A stretch of DNA of 64,000 nt from Eledone cirrhosa (GCA_964016885.1 OZ024743.1:22196001-22260000); one strand, 5' to 3'; shown: positions 26,436 to 41,480, counted from the first letter of the stretch. Numbers and translations are program-made. Notes: a model not told the origin generated them from the sequence alone.

Positions 26436-27444
26436 TATGTGTGTGTAGAGGGGCATGCGATTAGAGGAGATTTAGATGTCGTTAGGAACAAGGATCTCAA
26501 GTGCTGATGATGAAGGAAACTAAGTATAGGGAATCTGTGAGGATAAACCAGTCTATGTTAAGCAATATAGTTTTGGAAATATGAGGTGATAAAAACTATG
26601 CACTTGTATGAGTTCTCCCTACGTTATACACTTGCTGAGAACTGGATTTGTTTTAGGAAGCGGTGGATAGGATGACAGACTTGGTTTCCGGACAGAAATT
26701 TAGTTGTTGGTTATTTTAGGAACAGGAAAAGCTTCATTTCTAGAATAAGGTATAACGGGTACATTTGTTGGACAAGAGTTAAGCTCAAATAGTCGGTTGG
26801 ATTCCTAGTAAATAATGTATATGTTACGTTTGCGGGTAGTCTGCTCAAGCAGGTTAGGGGCATATCAATGTGCGGGAACTGCAGTTGGTTCCTGGTGGAT
26901 TTATACTTATCCTTTCGTGAGTTCGCCTTTGCAGTAAGGTTGGGGAGAATAAGGAGGATAGGCCTGATTAAACTGTTGGTTGTATGCTGTAGATACATGG
27001 ACAATGTTTTTCTTTCGAACTACTTCTTCGGAGGTTTACTGCATCAAATTTGTCCGAATAGTTTAGAAACAAAAAGAAATGGTTGATTTTTAGAAGGTCC
27101 GGGGCTATTTCAAGCTTGTAATTAAGTGACGAATGGCTAAACATCCGGAACGATGGTGGTAGTTTGAGTAAGTGGGGCATACGTGACTGTACTCATGAGT
27201 GTAATGTCTGATGGAGGCGTCTGCTGTGTTAGTGGGTTTTATTGGTTGATAGATGACAGAATGACAGACGAGTACAATGTTGACATGAACAGAAGCTGAA
27301 GTGGTAGTGGCTCTGACATCGGCCACTGCTGGCTAAGGCGTTGTCGTATTTTCAATATATTTCAATAGGTAGCGTTGGATTACAGCCACGCGTTTGCGTT
27401 GATATTTAGTAATTATTATAGGCCTTTTATTGTTATATAATATT

Positions 27445-27972
27445 GGTTTCTGATTTAGGCACAGTGCATTACAGGTATTTTATATTATCTACCCCTTAAG
27501 AATGAAAGGCAAAGCTAACCTCGGCAGTATTTGAATTCAGATCGCAAAGGGACGTAACCCTATGCAATATAGCATGTTGTCCGACTATTAGTTCAAAGGA
27601 AAAATGATGGTACCTTAAAATAAAAACCGCCATCAAATTAAAGCTCGACCGTCCTGATATAGTTGTTTGGAACCATACATTAAAAACATGCTCTGTGGTA
27701 TAAGTCAGCAGCCCACTTGATGTCAATGTGGTTAGAAATATGCAAAAGATGGAGGATATCTACGGACCATTGAGGAGGAGTTTGTAGATTCAGTATCCAA
27801 AATACACGTTCTGCTCCATATCCATCATTATTAGAGCTACACGGCCCTTGCCATTCTGAGTTCAAATCCGGCCGAGGTTAACTTTGCCTTTCATCCTTAC
27901 GGGGTCGATAAAATAAAGTACCAGTAATACACTGGGTAATTGCTAGCCTTGTGCCAAAGTAGAAACAATTAT
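27445..27972. mobile_element. Two SINE copies (about 27445-27590 minus; about 27830-27972 plus)
   Basis: B box GAGTTCAAATC, core gcctttcatccttacggggtcgataaaataaagtaccag and tail. Confidence 0.8.
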
Positions 27973-28424
27973 TAGAGCTACAGTTTATACGTCAACCGTC
28001 CTGGATCAAAATATAACTGAGCTTGGATTTGTGGACGAAAAATGTCAGTCCTGAATTCATAAGCTACAAATGGCCGCGATATCTAGAACCTTCAAAATTT
28101 GTAAAATATTCTTACGATAACAATTTCCATTCTTTAGACCCATGCCACCGGGAAGGTGGTCGCTCAAAAATAAATTCAAATTTGCATGTATTCATACATA
28201 CTTACATAAATACATATACATACATACGTCCATACATATACATACATACGTCCATACATACATACATGATGTATGTATGTATGTATGTATGTATGTATGT
28301 ATGTATGTATGTATGTATGTATGTTTGTATGTTTGTATGTATTATGCATGTATGTTTGTATGTATGTATGTATGCATGTTTGTATGTATGTTTATATATT
28401 TGTATATATGTATGTATATTTGTA

Positions 28425-28460
<36 letters not shown>

Positions 28461-28526
28461 TGTATGTATGTATGTTTGTTTATATGTATGTATGTATGTC
28501 AGTATATATGTATGTATGTATATATG

Positions 28527-29128
28527 TCAAGTCACCAGTTGGTGCTACTGGTAACATGTATCCCAGTACAACCTGTCTCATGGTCGGATCGTTGGCGACT
28601 AAACTGGCAACCCCACCAAGGTTTCTTGGTGAGGAGGGTGACTTTGGACATCCTGCAGGACTAAAAACAAAACCTGTCAAAGGAGCTCTTAAGAGTCAAT
28701 AGCCATCCATAATCACCGGGAGAGATGACCCCTTAGCCTTTGTCAAGGCAGAATTCTAGGAGAAGGAAAACTCTGATATAACACCTGCAACCCTGATGGT
28801 ATCCAATGATATTGACTTGTTCTTCTTTTTGGTAAATATCATCTTGGTTAAGAGAGTGGGACTGGCTTTGTGCAGTGCCTTTGCTCACTATAAAAGCTTC
28901 ACGACACAGGCATTGCTTTATATCTGGAGATCTCTCTGCACTTGTCGTCACATGGTACCATGGGCCCAGCACTATGTGTCAATAATTGTCACAAGTGTAG
29001 TGTTTGTACCAGAGTTTTCAAGTCGCTGGCTGGACTAAAAAGTCACACTCGTTCAGCGCATCGGTAGGGGTTCTCCTACATGGATATAAAGTAGTGGCCG
29101 TACTCGAAAACGAGTTGGCAGCCACCAT
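28527..29128 (+). mobile_element. Approximately 600-bp non-autonomous RTE-related retroposon in (TATG)n
   Basis: Near-identical copy at 37848..38456; contains tctaggagaaggaaaactctga, reminiscent of RTE 5' UTRs; no meaningful ORF. Confidence 0.7.
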
Positions 29129-29399
29129 ATATGTATGTAAGTAAATGGCGATAAGAGTCACTTACCTGTGAGTGGTGCTGTGCATCTGCATGTATGTGTG
29201 TGAACGTGAGTCTGTATGGAATATAAGCGAATAATCTAATCCGTAGTTGTTCGAATTCCCTAGAAGTATGTTTGGTTAACGCAAGAATGAGTACCCCATT
29301 TCTTATATAAACAGAAGAAGGGGTAGAAACTTTAACCTAGCTCCTAACCACACACGTAGACATTGTTACAATAGATGAGTGAAAACTAAATTTTTGTTT

Positions 29400-29879
29400 G
29401 TGTATGTATGTGTGTGCGCGCGTGTGTGTGAGCGTGTGCGTGTGTGAGCGCGCGTGTGTGTGTGTGAGCGTGTGTGTGAGTGTGTGCGTGTGTGAGCGCG
29501 TGTGTGATTGTGTGTGCTTGTGAGCGTGTGTGAGAGAGAGCGCGAGAGAGTGAGTGAATGAGTAAGTGAGCGCGTGTGTGTGTGTGAGCGTGTGCGTGTG
29601 TGTGTGTGAGCGTGTGTGTGAGTGTGTGCGTGTGTGAGCGTGTGCGTGATTGTGTGTGTTTGTGAGCGTGTGTGAGAGAGAGAGCGAGAGAGTGAGTGAG
29701 TGAGGGAGTGAGCGCGTGTGTGAGCGTGTGCGTGAGCGTGAGCGTGTGAGCGCGTGTGTGATTGTGTGTGTTTGTGAGCGTGTGTGAGAGAGAGAGAGAG
29801 AGAGAGAGTGAGTGAGTGAGTGAGTGAGTGAGTGAGTGAGTGAGTGAGTGAGTGAGTGAGTGAGTGAGTGAGTGAGTGA

Positions 29880-29931
<52 letters not shown>
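29400..29931. repeat. Compound (GT)n/(GAGT)n/(GA)n microsatellite
   Basis: Direct reading; accounts for ORF 29337..29975. Confidence 0.93.
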
Positions 29932-29933
<2 letters not shown>

Positions 29934-30036
29934 ATTAATGAGTGAATGAAGAAACATACCTTTTTCTATCACCAATATATTTCAATGTTGAGTTAGGAAG
30001 GGAAATAGGAAAGTGGTTAGAGAGTTGGACAAATAC

Positions 30037-30411
30037 ATAATTGTCTCTACTTTAGGCACAAGGCCAGCAATTACTCAGTGCATTACTGGTACTTTATTTT
30101 ATCGACCCCGTAAGGATGAGAGTTGGACAAATACATAACAGTATTGGTTCCGGCTCTTCAGTTTCTGAGATCAAATCTTGCCGAGACTAACTTTGTCTTT
30201 CATCGTTCCGAGCCCAATAAAATAATTGTTTCTACTTTTGACACAAGGCCAGCAATTATGCAGTGTATTACTGGTACTTTATTTTATGGATCCCGTAAGG
30301 ATGAAAGGCAAAGTTAACCTCGGCGGGATTTGAACTCAGAATGGCAAAGGCCGTAACTCTATGCGTCAAAGCATGGCGTCCAACTCTCTACCGATACTGC
30401 CAATCCACCGC
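30037..30411 (-). mobile_element. SINE cluster: truncated copy with TSD plus a full-length copy (30221-30411)
   Basis: 21-bp TSD gagagttggacaaatacataa at 30020 and 30118; A and B boxes in the second copy. Confidence 0.86.
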
Positions 30412-32101
30412 CAATCCGCAATAAAATAATATCATTCAGTATTCGACTTTCTCCTTCCCTTTCATTTCTGGCCTTGAGCTTATGTTAGAAATCACTATTA
30501 AAAAAATGAGAAAGCCGTATGTTTTAATCTCATTAGTAATTTATGTTTGTATATCACCTCCACTTCAAATTCACACTCCTGTAACTTCTGCATCATCTGA
30601 TCTTTTAGAACCATCCCTAAACACTTTTCCCAATATTCCACCCCTACCCCATCAATACAGATAACTGTCCTCTTCTCTCTAAGTCCGTTCTCGTCTCTGG
30701 TTTCTCGTCAACTACTGACCTTTAAGAGTTCACTGTGAATATCCACTATATTAACTTTACCTAAATGTCACTAACTCGCAGTCTAGGAAAGGTTCTACAA
30801 AGGTCATGGGTACCATACATCCTCCTTAAACTAGATTTTTTTTTTCGATATAAAAAAAGGGTTCTGTTAATATTACTCTTTTAAGCGTCCATGGCTACTG
30901 AGAGATTTGTGACCTTATAATTATCGGAGGCCAACCTCAGTTGCATTAATAATATATATTTATTAAACACACTGAGTCATTCTTTGGCACAAGCTGCAAG
31001 AAAACATATTGATATATATGAATGACTATAAAAAAAGTATGTAATACATGTATATGTATGTTTGGATGTATTCATTTATGATCGCACGTATGAGATGCAC
31101 AAGGGGATACAACGCGCATACGTATATAGACTTACACACATGCACACACACATATTTATATACATGTGTATGTGTATATCTATGTATGTAGGAATTTATA
31201 TATGTTTATATATGCTGATATATATGTATATATATATATGCTGGTATATATATATGGGGACTGTGCGTGTGCATGAGAGCCTGTGTTTGTAAATCTAAAT
31301 TGATTGTTCGATTTTATATTCTAAGTCAGCCTTACATGTGTGTGTATATATGTATATATGTGTATATGTATATATGTGTATATGTATATGTGTGTATGTA
31401 TATATGAATGCATATAACTGGTTGAGTTCTATATTAGGAGGTATTCCAGTTTTTTAGTTTACCCACCATACCGTGTTTTTCTTACACAATGGTGTTTCTC
31501 TATTTTAAAGGTTACGTGTTTTGAAACCAATAGAACTGCTTGATTCGGGAAGCTAGCAGCCTATGCTCACTTTAAGACTAAAGTGTTGAGTTTGGGCCAC
31601 CTGCTGATGCAATATCTCGATTGCCTAATATCTGATGGTATTTCGCAATTCTCTGCATATGGCAGTTTTAATAACATGTAGGCCAAATATTTCATAGAAA
31701 CAGAATCCGTCCAGAAGATAGATGTGACATTAACATCAACAACACACATGTGTATACATCAACATCTCACCAGCAATCTTCACCATTAACAAGAGGAAGG
31801 CAACGACGACAACAGTGACATTAACAACAACAACTCTACCATTAACAAGAAGAAGCCAACCCCAGCATCAGTGACTCACCTCCAACCACAAGTTCCTATG
31901 ACAAACTGCTAAGCTGCTCGCATGTGTTCGTGCTGAACTCTAGGTTTTTCTGCTGGGAACAAGCCACTGTCCTCTCCCTCCCCTTTTTTGTACATTCATC
32001 CATTCACTCATCCATTTACTAACATTCTACCTTCCTGTGTGTCCCCCTCCATGCAGCCCCCTTCTTTTCTCTCTTGTTTTCTGACACCTCTATATATTTA
32101 G

Positions 32102-35100
32102 GTGAGCTATGAGGCCTCCTTACCAACACTTTCCCTTCCACCCACACACGCCAGCCACCCAGCCCTGATGCCACTCGGTGCCCCAGTCCCCGGCCCCTCA
32201 CCCCACCCCCCATCCCTCCAAGCCGACACCTGCAGCACTTGCAGCATCACTAACAAACGGAAGAGGGACCGGAACTGTTTGGGGTGCGGCTGCTTCCACC
32301 ACCTCACCTGCGTTGGCTTGACTCCTCGAGCTTCCAATGCCCTCGCAGCGTGGAGGTGCAGGAGCTGCCTCTTCTCCACGTCTTCCCAGTCACGACCGTC
32401 TGGCACACCACCAGCTGGGATAGCGAGCTTGCTTGGCGCCCAAGCCTTGCTGGTCAACATCGCTCGGCTCAGGCGGCTCCGGAAGATCCCACTGAGGATC
32501 CCGAGAGCGGCACAGGTGCCGGTAGCCGATACCCTCGCTTCCTCGATTGAGAGCGCCCTGGACTCCACTCGAGCCAGTGACTGGGAGCGGCTGTTCTATT
32601 TCACCCTACTCGCCCTCGGCCTCCCCAGCTCTGGCGCTGACCGGGGCGCCCGGTCAACAGCAGCCTTCGTCAAGGCCAATGTCTCGTCCTTTGGGCGAGC
32701 ACCCATTCCAAGCGTGCTCAGGGACGCCACACACCCCACCCTCAGGTACCCCCTATCCTCCACCCCCGAGGCTAGCGCCAAGCGTCTGCGTGACCAGGTA
32801 AACGCCAAGCTTATCATGGGTGATGTCTCCGCCGCAGTCAGAGTTGTTGCCTCAGAGGACACTGTCCTCCAACCTACCGAGGAGGTCCTGGCTGCTCTGC
32901 GACTCAAATACCCTGAGCCACCCACTGATCTCAGACCCATACCGCCACCCGACCCCACTTGCTCCTTGTGGCTTCTGATGCAGACATCATGTCGGCCATC
33001 AGGTCCTTCCCAGCTAGCAGCTGCGGAGGTGTTGATGGTCTCCGACCAGGCCACCTCAAGGAGTTGATATCCCCCATCTCCGCTGAGGCCGGGCGCCGCC
33101 TTCTGAGTGCCATTGTGGCGCTCACCAATAGGCTCATCCATGGCACCCTGGACCCTTACGCCCGAGGCCTCTTTTTTTCGGCCAGCCTCACCGCTCTCAG
33201 AAAGAAAGAGGGTAGCATACGCCTCATTGCTGTGGGCAATGTCTTCCGGAAGCTGGCTGCCAAGGTGATCTGCAAGTCCGTAACACACGAACAGGATGAG
33301 GAGTTTAGTCCGGAGCAACTGGGTGTCGGCGTGTCCGGTGGCTGTGAGGGCTGCCCATCGGAACCGGCATCCAGGGACTCGAGGCACCTCATTGTCAAGC
33401 TTGACAAGAGGAATGCCTTCAACTGTTCACGCCGGGATCATCTGCTCGAGGCCTGCCTCAGCCGAGCCCCCTCTGCTTACCCACTGGCCTACCTGTTTTA
33501 TGGAGCCCCGAACATGCTCCTTGCTGCTGATACGGTCATACCGTTGGCTACTGGGGTCCAACAGAGTGACCCTTTGGGAACCCTCCTGTTCGCCCTTGGT
33601 ATTGACTACATCGCTCGGAGTATCACGGCTCCTCTCAACGTTTGGTATCTGGATGATGCTACGTTGAGCGGGCCCGTACGGACGGTCTGCCATGACCTTC
33701 AATCGGTGGTTCCTGCCCTGGCGGGAATCGGCCTCCAGGGCAACTCGGCCAAGTGAGGTGGTGAATGTCAGCCTCGATGCTGCGAGCTTTGCAGCCTCCG
33801 TCTTGGACGTGCGGTCCATTCTCCACCACGTCCAGGTGACCTCCAAAGAGGATGTCCTCATCCTCGGGTCACCGATCCACCCGCCGGCCATCCGCTCCAC
33901 CATCAGGTTCAAGCTTCAACAGCTCCAGGCACTCACGAGCCGACTGGGCTTGATTGACGGCCACCCAGCTCTCTTTCTGCTAAGGAACTGCTTCGCCATG
34001 CCGAAACTCCTCTATACACTCCGCAGCGCTCCGTGCTACACCCAGACAACTCTCCTCGCTGATCTCGATACTTGTATCCGAGCAGCAGCCGAGGAGATAT
34101 GCAACGTCGAGTTTGACGACATAGGGTGGCAACAGGCTACTTTACCTCTCAGCTATGGCGGCCTTGGCCTCCGGTCCCCGATCTCACTAGCTTTGCCGGC
34201 GTATCATTCGTCGGTAACCTCGTGCCGCGTCCTCGTCAGCAGGGTTCTTCAAAACACAACAGAACCCTCTGTGTTCAGAGAACGTGAGGCCGCCTGTGAG
34301 ACGTGGGACCGGATGGGACTTAGCCCAGTAGATGTCCCTCCTCCTTCTCCCCCTGTTGAAGTCAAGTCCACCCCCACCCCCAAAACGCACTTGGGATGAT
34401 ATCCAGTGCAGCCTGGCATTCAGACAGGCTACACGCCAGCTCGACCAGCACCACCTTGCTTGTTTTTGTGCGGCCTCCAAACCCCACAGTGGTGCCTGGA
34501 TCCATGTCCTCCCTCCTTCTCCACTGGCACGCAGCTAGACAACCATATCCTGCGCATCGGCATTTCCCTGAGGCTCGGCCTCCGGATCTGCCAGCCATAC
34601 CAATGTCGCTGCGGTTCCACCGTGGACTCTTTCGCATTCCACCCCATGCTGCCCTCAACGAGGTCATTAAGCATGGCTTGGACGCTGCAGGCTTCCCTTC
34701 CTAGCTCGAGCCAGTGGGGCTGGATCGAGGGGACGGCAAAAGGTCAGATGGCATGGCCATCTTCCCGTTCCGCGGTGGCAAACGCCTCGTCTGGGATGCC
34801 ACTTACACCGACACTTTCTGCAGTCGCAACCTGGTGCAGTCTGCGACTGACCCAGGTTCTGCTGCACGTCGGGCTGAGGGGGCCAAACTCCTCAAATACC
34901 GGTCGCTCTCCGACAGGTTTACGGTCGTACCCCTGGCAGTGGAGACTTCTGGTGTCCTCGGCCCCAGGGCTACCTCCTTACTCACCACGATAGGCGCTGA
35001 GCTGGCCAACCGCAGGTGTGAGCCCCGCGAGTTGGAGTGGCTTTTCCAGCGCGTCTCCCTTGCCGTCGTCCCCTCCGGGGAAACGCCTTCTCCATTCTGT

Positions 35101-35115
35101 CTGCTGGGGCTGTAG
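32102..35115 (+). mobile_element. Decayed CRE-type non-LTR retrotransposon (PHD-like finger, RT, restriction-like endonuclease)
   Basis: GC-rich island; GGVDGLRPGHL, IRLIAVG, QLGVG, LDKRNAFN, GVQQSDPLG, WYLDD; C-terminal DGKRSDG...WDAT...KY...AVETSG; several frameshifts and stops. Confidence 0.88.
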
Positions 35116-35864
35116 GTGGGCCCCATCGCGTACCGTTGTAGTTGTTGTAGAAGAAACAGGAAGACAACAACTTCAAAGTGGAGTAATCAGTGATATGCCT
35201 CGTTATTTTCGATTCTTGACTTTAATGGCATTATATATATTCCTGAAAGAAGCAGTTGATGTTGCTATATTAGAAATGGGTATACTCACTGACTAATTAT
35301 AATGTACATACTCTGAACAGTTTCACAACCGCAAGCTTATTGTCTGATTGAATGAGTGGCTCATGGCCAGAAATCGCTGAAATAAAGAATAAATTCGGAG
35401 AATTTCCGACAATATGTATATTAGAATGGATTACTATTAAAAGCGCTTAATTCGTTCTGCGCGTTAGCCCGTGTTATTTTATTTATTAACATCATGTAGC
35501 CTGCGACAATCTACAGCGTGATAGAAAGGGAATTCGTCTTTATCAATACTGACTGAAGAAACAATAAGTTGGCGGAACATCATATGTTGTGAGGAAACAT
35601 TTAGGTAACTATATTCATAATGTTTTCTTTTTATACATGGTGTATGTTTAATTCACTTTTCTCCCTGATTTTATTCACATAGACATTAGACTAAATTGAA
35701 CCCTCCAAGGTGGTGTGTGTTGGCCCTGGAGGGATGTTTTTTTTCTGGGGCACGGTTTCCTAGTTTGTTGACGGTATGCTGTCGCACTTGTTCCATTGAC
35801 AGATTTGTTCGGCCAATGTGGTGATCATGGCAACTTTTACATATCGTACACGCACACTCACACT

Positions 35865-35902
<38 letters not shown>

Positions 35903-36019
35903 GTTGTTTATAAAGGCTCTAAATAACAAAGAACTTACTGTTACAAACAGAGTATTGTACAATTAGATTTATTCATATAATTACAACATGGCCATGACAA
36001 ATTATGTATTGCCCAATAA

Positions 36020-36975
<956 letters not shown>

Positions 36976-37294
36976 TTGTTTGTAGTGATTTTCTAGATAT
37001 TTAGGTACATATATAAATGGGCGGGGTTATTTTGTATTTGGCTGTGTAAGAACGTGTTTGCTCTCACGTAATTGATGTAGCTTACACTTTATATACTTGC
37101 TTTATATTTATTTCATGTATATGTGTGTGTATGTATATATATATATATGTATGTATGTATATATGTATGTATGCATCTATGTATGTATGTATATATGTAC
37201 AAAGGGCTGAAGAGCTCATAAGAGTCAACGGCCATACAAAAATGTGTAAATATATATATGTATATATACATATGTACATATGTATGTATGTATG

Positions 37295-37344
<50 letters not shown>

Positions 37345-37384
37345 TGTATGTATATACATGTGTGCATGTGTGTGTATATGCGCG

Positions 37385-37665
37385 GGATCACAAAAATAAT
37401 CGGGCTGGACACCCGATCACCTGGTTAAACCACTGGGAGTGAAAGAACCCTAGCCTTTGTCAGGGCATTCTTCTAGGAGAAGGCAACTCAGGAAGCTGGG
37501 ACAACTCCGACATAAATCCTGCGGCTCAGTAGTTACTGATGATGTTGATCTTTTCTTCTTTTCGGGTTATAGCTACTGTTGCTCAGAGAGTGGGATTGGC
37601 TCAGTGCACAGTCTTTCCTCTTTTTTTTAAAAATCTACACCACACAGGCGTTGCACGATGGCATT
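37385..37665 (+). mobile_element. Fragment of a related RTE-type non-autonomous element
   Basis: Shares tagcctttgtca.ggca...tctaggagaagg and gagagtggga.tggct with the 28527/37848 family. Confidence 0.55.
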
Positions 37666-37847
37666 AATTGATAATTATTAATAATGTTATATCGTGCAAT
37701 GACCATACTCGATAACGAGGGGGCAGCCATATCATCATGTATGTATGTATGTATGTATGTATGTATGTATGTATGTATGTATGTATGTATGTATGTATGT
37801 ATGTATGTGTGTATGTATGTATGTGTGTATGTATGTGTGTATGTATG

Positions 37848-38456
37848 TCAGGTCACCAATTGGTGCTACTGGTAGCATGTATCCCAGTACAACCTGTCTC
37901 ATGGTCGGGTCGTTGGCGACTAAACTGGCAACCCTACCAAGGTTTCTTGGTGAGGAGGGTGACTTTGGACATCCTGTAGGACTAAAAACAAAACCTGTCA
38001 AAGGGCAAAGGAGCTCTTAAGAGTCAATGGCCATCCAAAATCACCGGGAGAGATGACCCCTTAGCCTTTGTCAAGGCAGAATTCTAGGAGAAGGAAAACT
38101 CTGATATAACACCTGCATCCCTGATGGTATCCAATGATGTTGACTTGTTCTTCTTTTTGGTCAATATCATCTTGGTTAAGAGAGTGGGACTGACTTTGTG
38201 CAGTGCCTTTGCTCACTATAAAAGCTTCACGGCACAGGCATTGCTTTATATCTGGATATCTCTCTGCACTTGTCGTCACATGGTACCATGGGCCCAGCAC
38301 TATGTGTCAATAATTGTCACAAGTGTAGTGTCTGTACCAGAGTTTTCAAGTCGCTGGCTGGACTAAAAAGTCACACTCGTTCAGTGCATCGGTAGGGGTT
38401 CTCCTACATGGATATAAAGTAGTGGCCGTACTCGAAAACGAGTTGGCAGCCACCAT
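37848..38456 (+). mobile_element. Second copy of the approximately 600-bp RTE-related element, flanked by (TATG)n
   Basis: Colinear with 28527..29128 with few substitutions and one short indel. Confidence 0.75.
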
Positions 38457-38671
38457 GTATGTATGTATGTATGTATGTATGTATGTATGTATGTATGTAT
38501 GTATGTATGTATGTATGTATGTATGTATGTACGTATGTATGTATGCGTATGTAAGTATGTGTGTGGGTATATGTATGTATCTCTGTGTCTGTCTATGTAT
38601 ATTTGCATGTATGTATTTATGTATGATACATGTGTATGTATATATATGCATACGTGTGCATTGGTCTAGAT

Positions 38672-39458
38672 CAAAGGTTCTGAACGGGGGGCATATGCAC
38701 CCCCGGGGGGCGTTTCGGAACTCCAGGGGGGCGTTTGGGAGCAGGGTCGCGTTAGGGGGGCGTTTGGAGCTGGAGGAGGGGGGTTAGGGGGCGCTGGAAG
38801 GCTCTTTATTTTGGTAAGTTTTATAAGCCATATTTGTATATCTTTGAGACAGCCAGTGTGAATGCATTTGAATGAGCTTGCAGACAGCATAACTATAGTC
38901 TGACCGCAGCTGTGAGCAGGTGTGCAGGCATGTCCGGTAATTGAGACGTTAACCGGTAATTGAGATCCTAAAAATGGAAAAACCCACAGTCAACTGGGTC
39001 AAAGACACTTTGGGCGCAGCCAGTTAGAATCTTATCTTTCCTTCACCGATAACCATGTATTTCATGTCTGAAATTATTAACTCAACCGCAACGAGTTAAC
39101 GCTATGTAGATCTATTTTATTCCCTATTGTATAAATAATACTACAAATAAAAAAAAAGAAAAGAAAAAACAGAAGCGAGTAGCACACACATCTAGGACCA
39201 CATTCAACACATAATCAGATAATACACACATCTAGGACCACATAGAACACATAATCAGATAATACACACATCTAGGACCACATACAACACATAATCAGAT
39301 AATACACACATCTTTGAAATATTGTTAATCAATTTTTTAGTAATCTACTGATATAAAAATCAGTAGTATATTGAAAAATAGAAAAATAGGGGGGAGGGCG
39401 TTTCGTGATTTCGAGGGACAAAAGGGGGCGTTTGGCCTAAATAGGTTGAGAACCTGTG
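38672..39458. mobile_element. hAT (Charlie-like) non-autonomous element with an internal 40-bp minisatellite (about 39184-39312)
   Basis: TIRs CAAAGGTTCTGAAC / GTTGAGAACCTGTG; perfect 8-bp TSD gtctagat. Confidence 0.9.
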
Positions 39459-39764
39459 GTCTAGATGACTGATGTAAAGAATCCTTTGAATCTTTTACAG
39501 ACTTTCCCCGCACCATTAATGTATTATGTTTAATGGATGTCAGTTTGTTTTATTCTTTCTTGGCCACTCTCCGATGTATAAGTTTTTAATTTAAATCCTA
39601 GATAACGTCCGAACGATATCTCCGGTACTGCGATAATCTTTCTTAAGACCACTTCACCCTATTCTTAAAGAAACATCAGACCACGCTATGTCCAGTCTTG
39701 AAGAAGAATTTCTTTAAATTGTCTTATTCGACTTTCAAAGAGACAGTGGGTAATCATACGCTTG

Positions 39765-40127
39765 GTTTTGAAATAATTGTTTTTACGTTTGGCACAAGGC
39801 CAGCTATTACCCAGTGCATTACTGATACTTTATTTTATCGAAGGCAAAGTTAACCTCGGCGGGATTTGAACTCAGAATGGCAAGGGCCGTAACTCTATAC
39901 GTCAAAGCATGGCGTCCGACCCTCTACAGATACTGCCAATGCACCGCCTCGTTTTGAAATAATTGTTTCTACTTTTGGCACAAGGCCAGCAATTAGCCAG
40001 TACATTACTGGTACTTTATTTTATCGACCCCATAAGGATGAAAGGCAAAGTTAACCTTGGAGGGATTTGAACTCAGTCCGTAAAGGGACGTAACTCTATG
40101 CTAGAAAGCATGGCGTTTTGAAATAAT
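39765..40127 (-). mobile_element. Two tandem SINEs sharing a triplicated target site
   Basis: gttttgaaataat at 39765, 39951 and 40115 brackets both copies. Confidence 0.88.
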
Positions 40128-40496
40128 GATTCTTAAAAAGAAAATTCCGATTACTTCTGTCATTTTCCTTTGCCATTCTCGTAATATTCGCAGCAACAGC
40201 ATTCTCATCAATTGCGAGATACTTGTCTTATTTGTCAGGGAGATGATCATACCATTGGTATCTATATTCTTTGTCTGGTAAAGAATCTTTACTTGAATTA
40301 TTACCAAATACGAACACTATAGTGAACAAACTCTATTGCTATGACTAGTGAGAATGTTGCGGTCGGTTTTGAAGCCAGACATAAAAAGGTGCGTATGACT
40401 GACTCTTCTCTCCATAGTGATCCTCCTAACTAGACATTTCCGCTACAGAGCTGACAAAGGAATTCATTGAGAGCAAGACTAATAAGACGTCACTGC

Positions 40497-40663
40497 ATGT
40501 GTATGTATGTATGTATGTATGTATGTATGTATGTATGTATGTATGTATGTATGTATGTTTGTATGTATGTATGTATGAATATATGTGTGTATGTTTGTAT
40601 GTATGTATGTATGTATGTATGTATGTATGTATGTATGTATGTTTGTATGTATGAATATATGTG

Positions 40664-40695
<32 letters not shown>

Positions 40696-41066
40696 TGTAT
40701 GGATGGATGGATGGATGGATGGATGGATGTATGTATGTATGTGTGTATGTGTGTATGTATGTACGTATGTATGTTTGTTTGTATGTATGATTGTATGTAT
40801 GTACCAATGTACGCTTGTAGTGTGCATGTATGTATATATATATATATATGTGTGTGTGGGCCTGTATGTATGTCTTAGGTTTATTTTTATATTTATTAAT
40901 TTCTAACCAAGAAAGGGAGACAGAGAGGGGGTGAGAGGGAGAGAGAGATAGAGAGAGAGAAAAAGAGAGAAAGAGAAAAAGAGAGAAAGAAAAGGAGCCT
41001 GTTTCTAATACAGAAACAAGTCTCTTTCATTGGAATTTAGACACATCAACTAGGGAGTTATGTATG

Positions 41067-41155
<89 letters not shown>

Positions 41156-41480
41156 GTAGGTAGGGATGTCACTGCATGTGAGGATCAGTAGGTTTGTGTT
41201 ATATGTATATATGCATATGTTTATATATCTGTACGTGTGTATTTGTAATTATTCCATGCTGAATGTCTGTATGTATGTATGTATGAATGTCTGTCTGTCT
41301 GTTATGTATGTATGTATATATGAATGTCTGTCTGTATGTATATATGTATGTATGTATATATGTCTGCATGTATGTATGTATGTATGTATGTATGTATGTA
41401 TGTATGTATGTATGTATGTATGTATGTATGTATGTATGTATGTATGTATGTATGTATATATGTATGTATGTATGTATCGT
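40497..41480. repeat. (TATG)n, (GATG)n, (GA)n and (TG)n microsatellite field
   Basis: Direct reading. Confidence 0.9.

Noticed and set aside
24900-27370. Possible transposase or LINE remnants around the MITE and at 26450-27370
   Set aside because: Only short, ambiguous motif resemblances (e.g. GLPKGLRSV); cannot be supported without a translated search.
32596-33912. Long antisense ORFs over the CRE-type element
   Set aside because: Expected shadow ORFs in GC-rich coding sequence; no motifs.
39184-39312. Regularly spaced repeats resembling a CRISPR array (also 9021-9167)
   Set aside because: Head-to-tail minisatellites without unique spacers; eukaryotic context and no cas genes.
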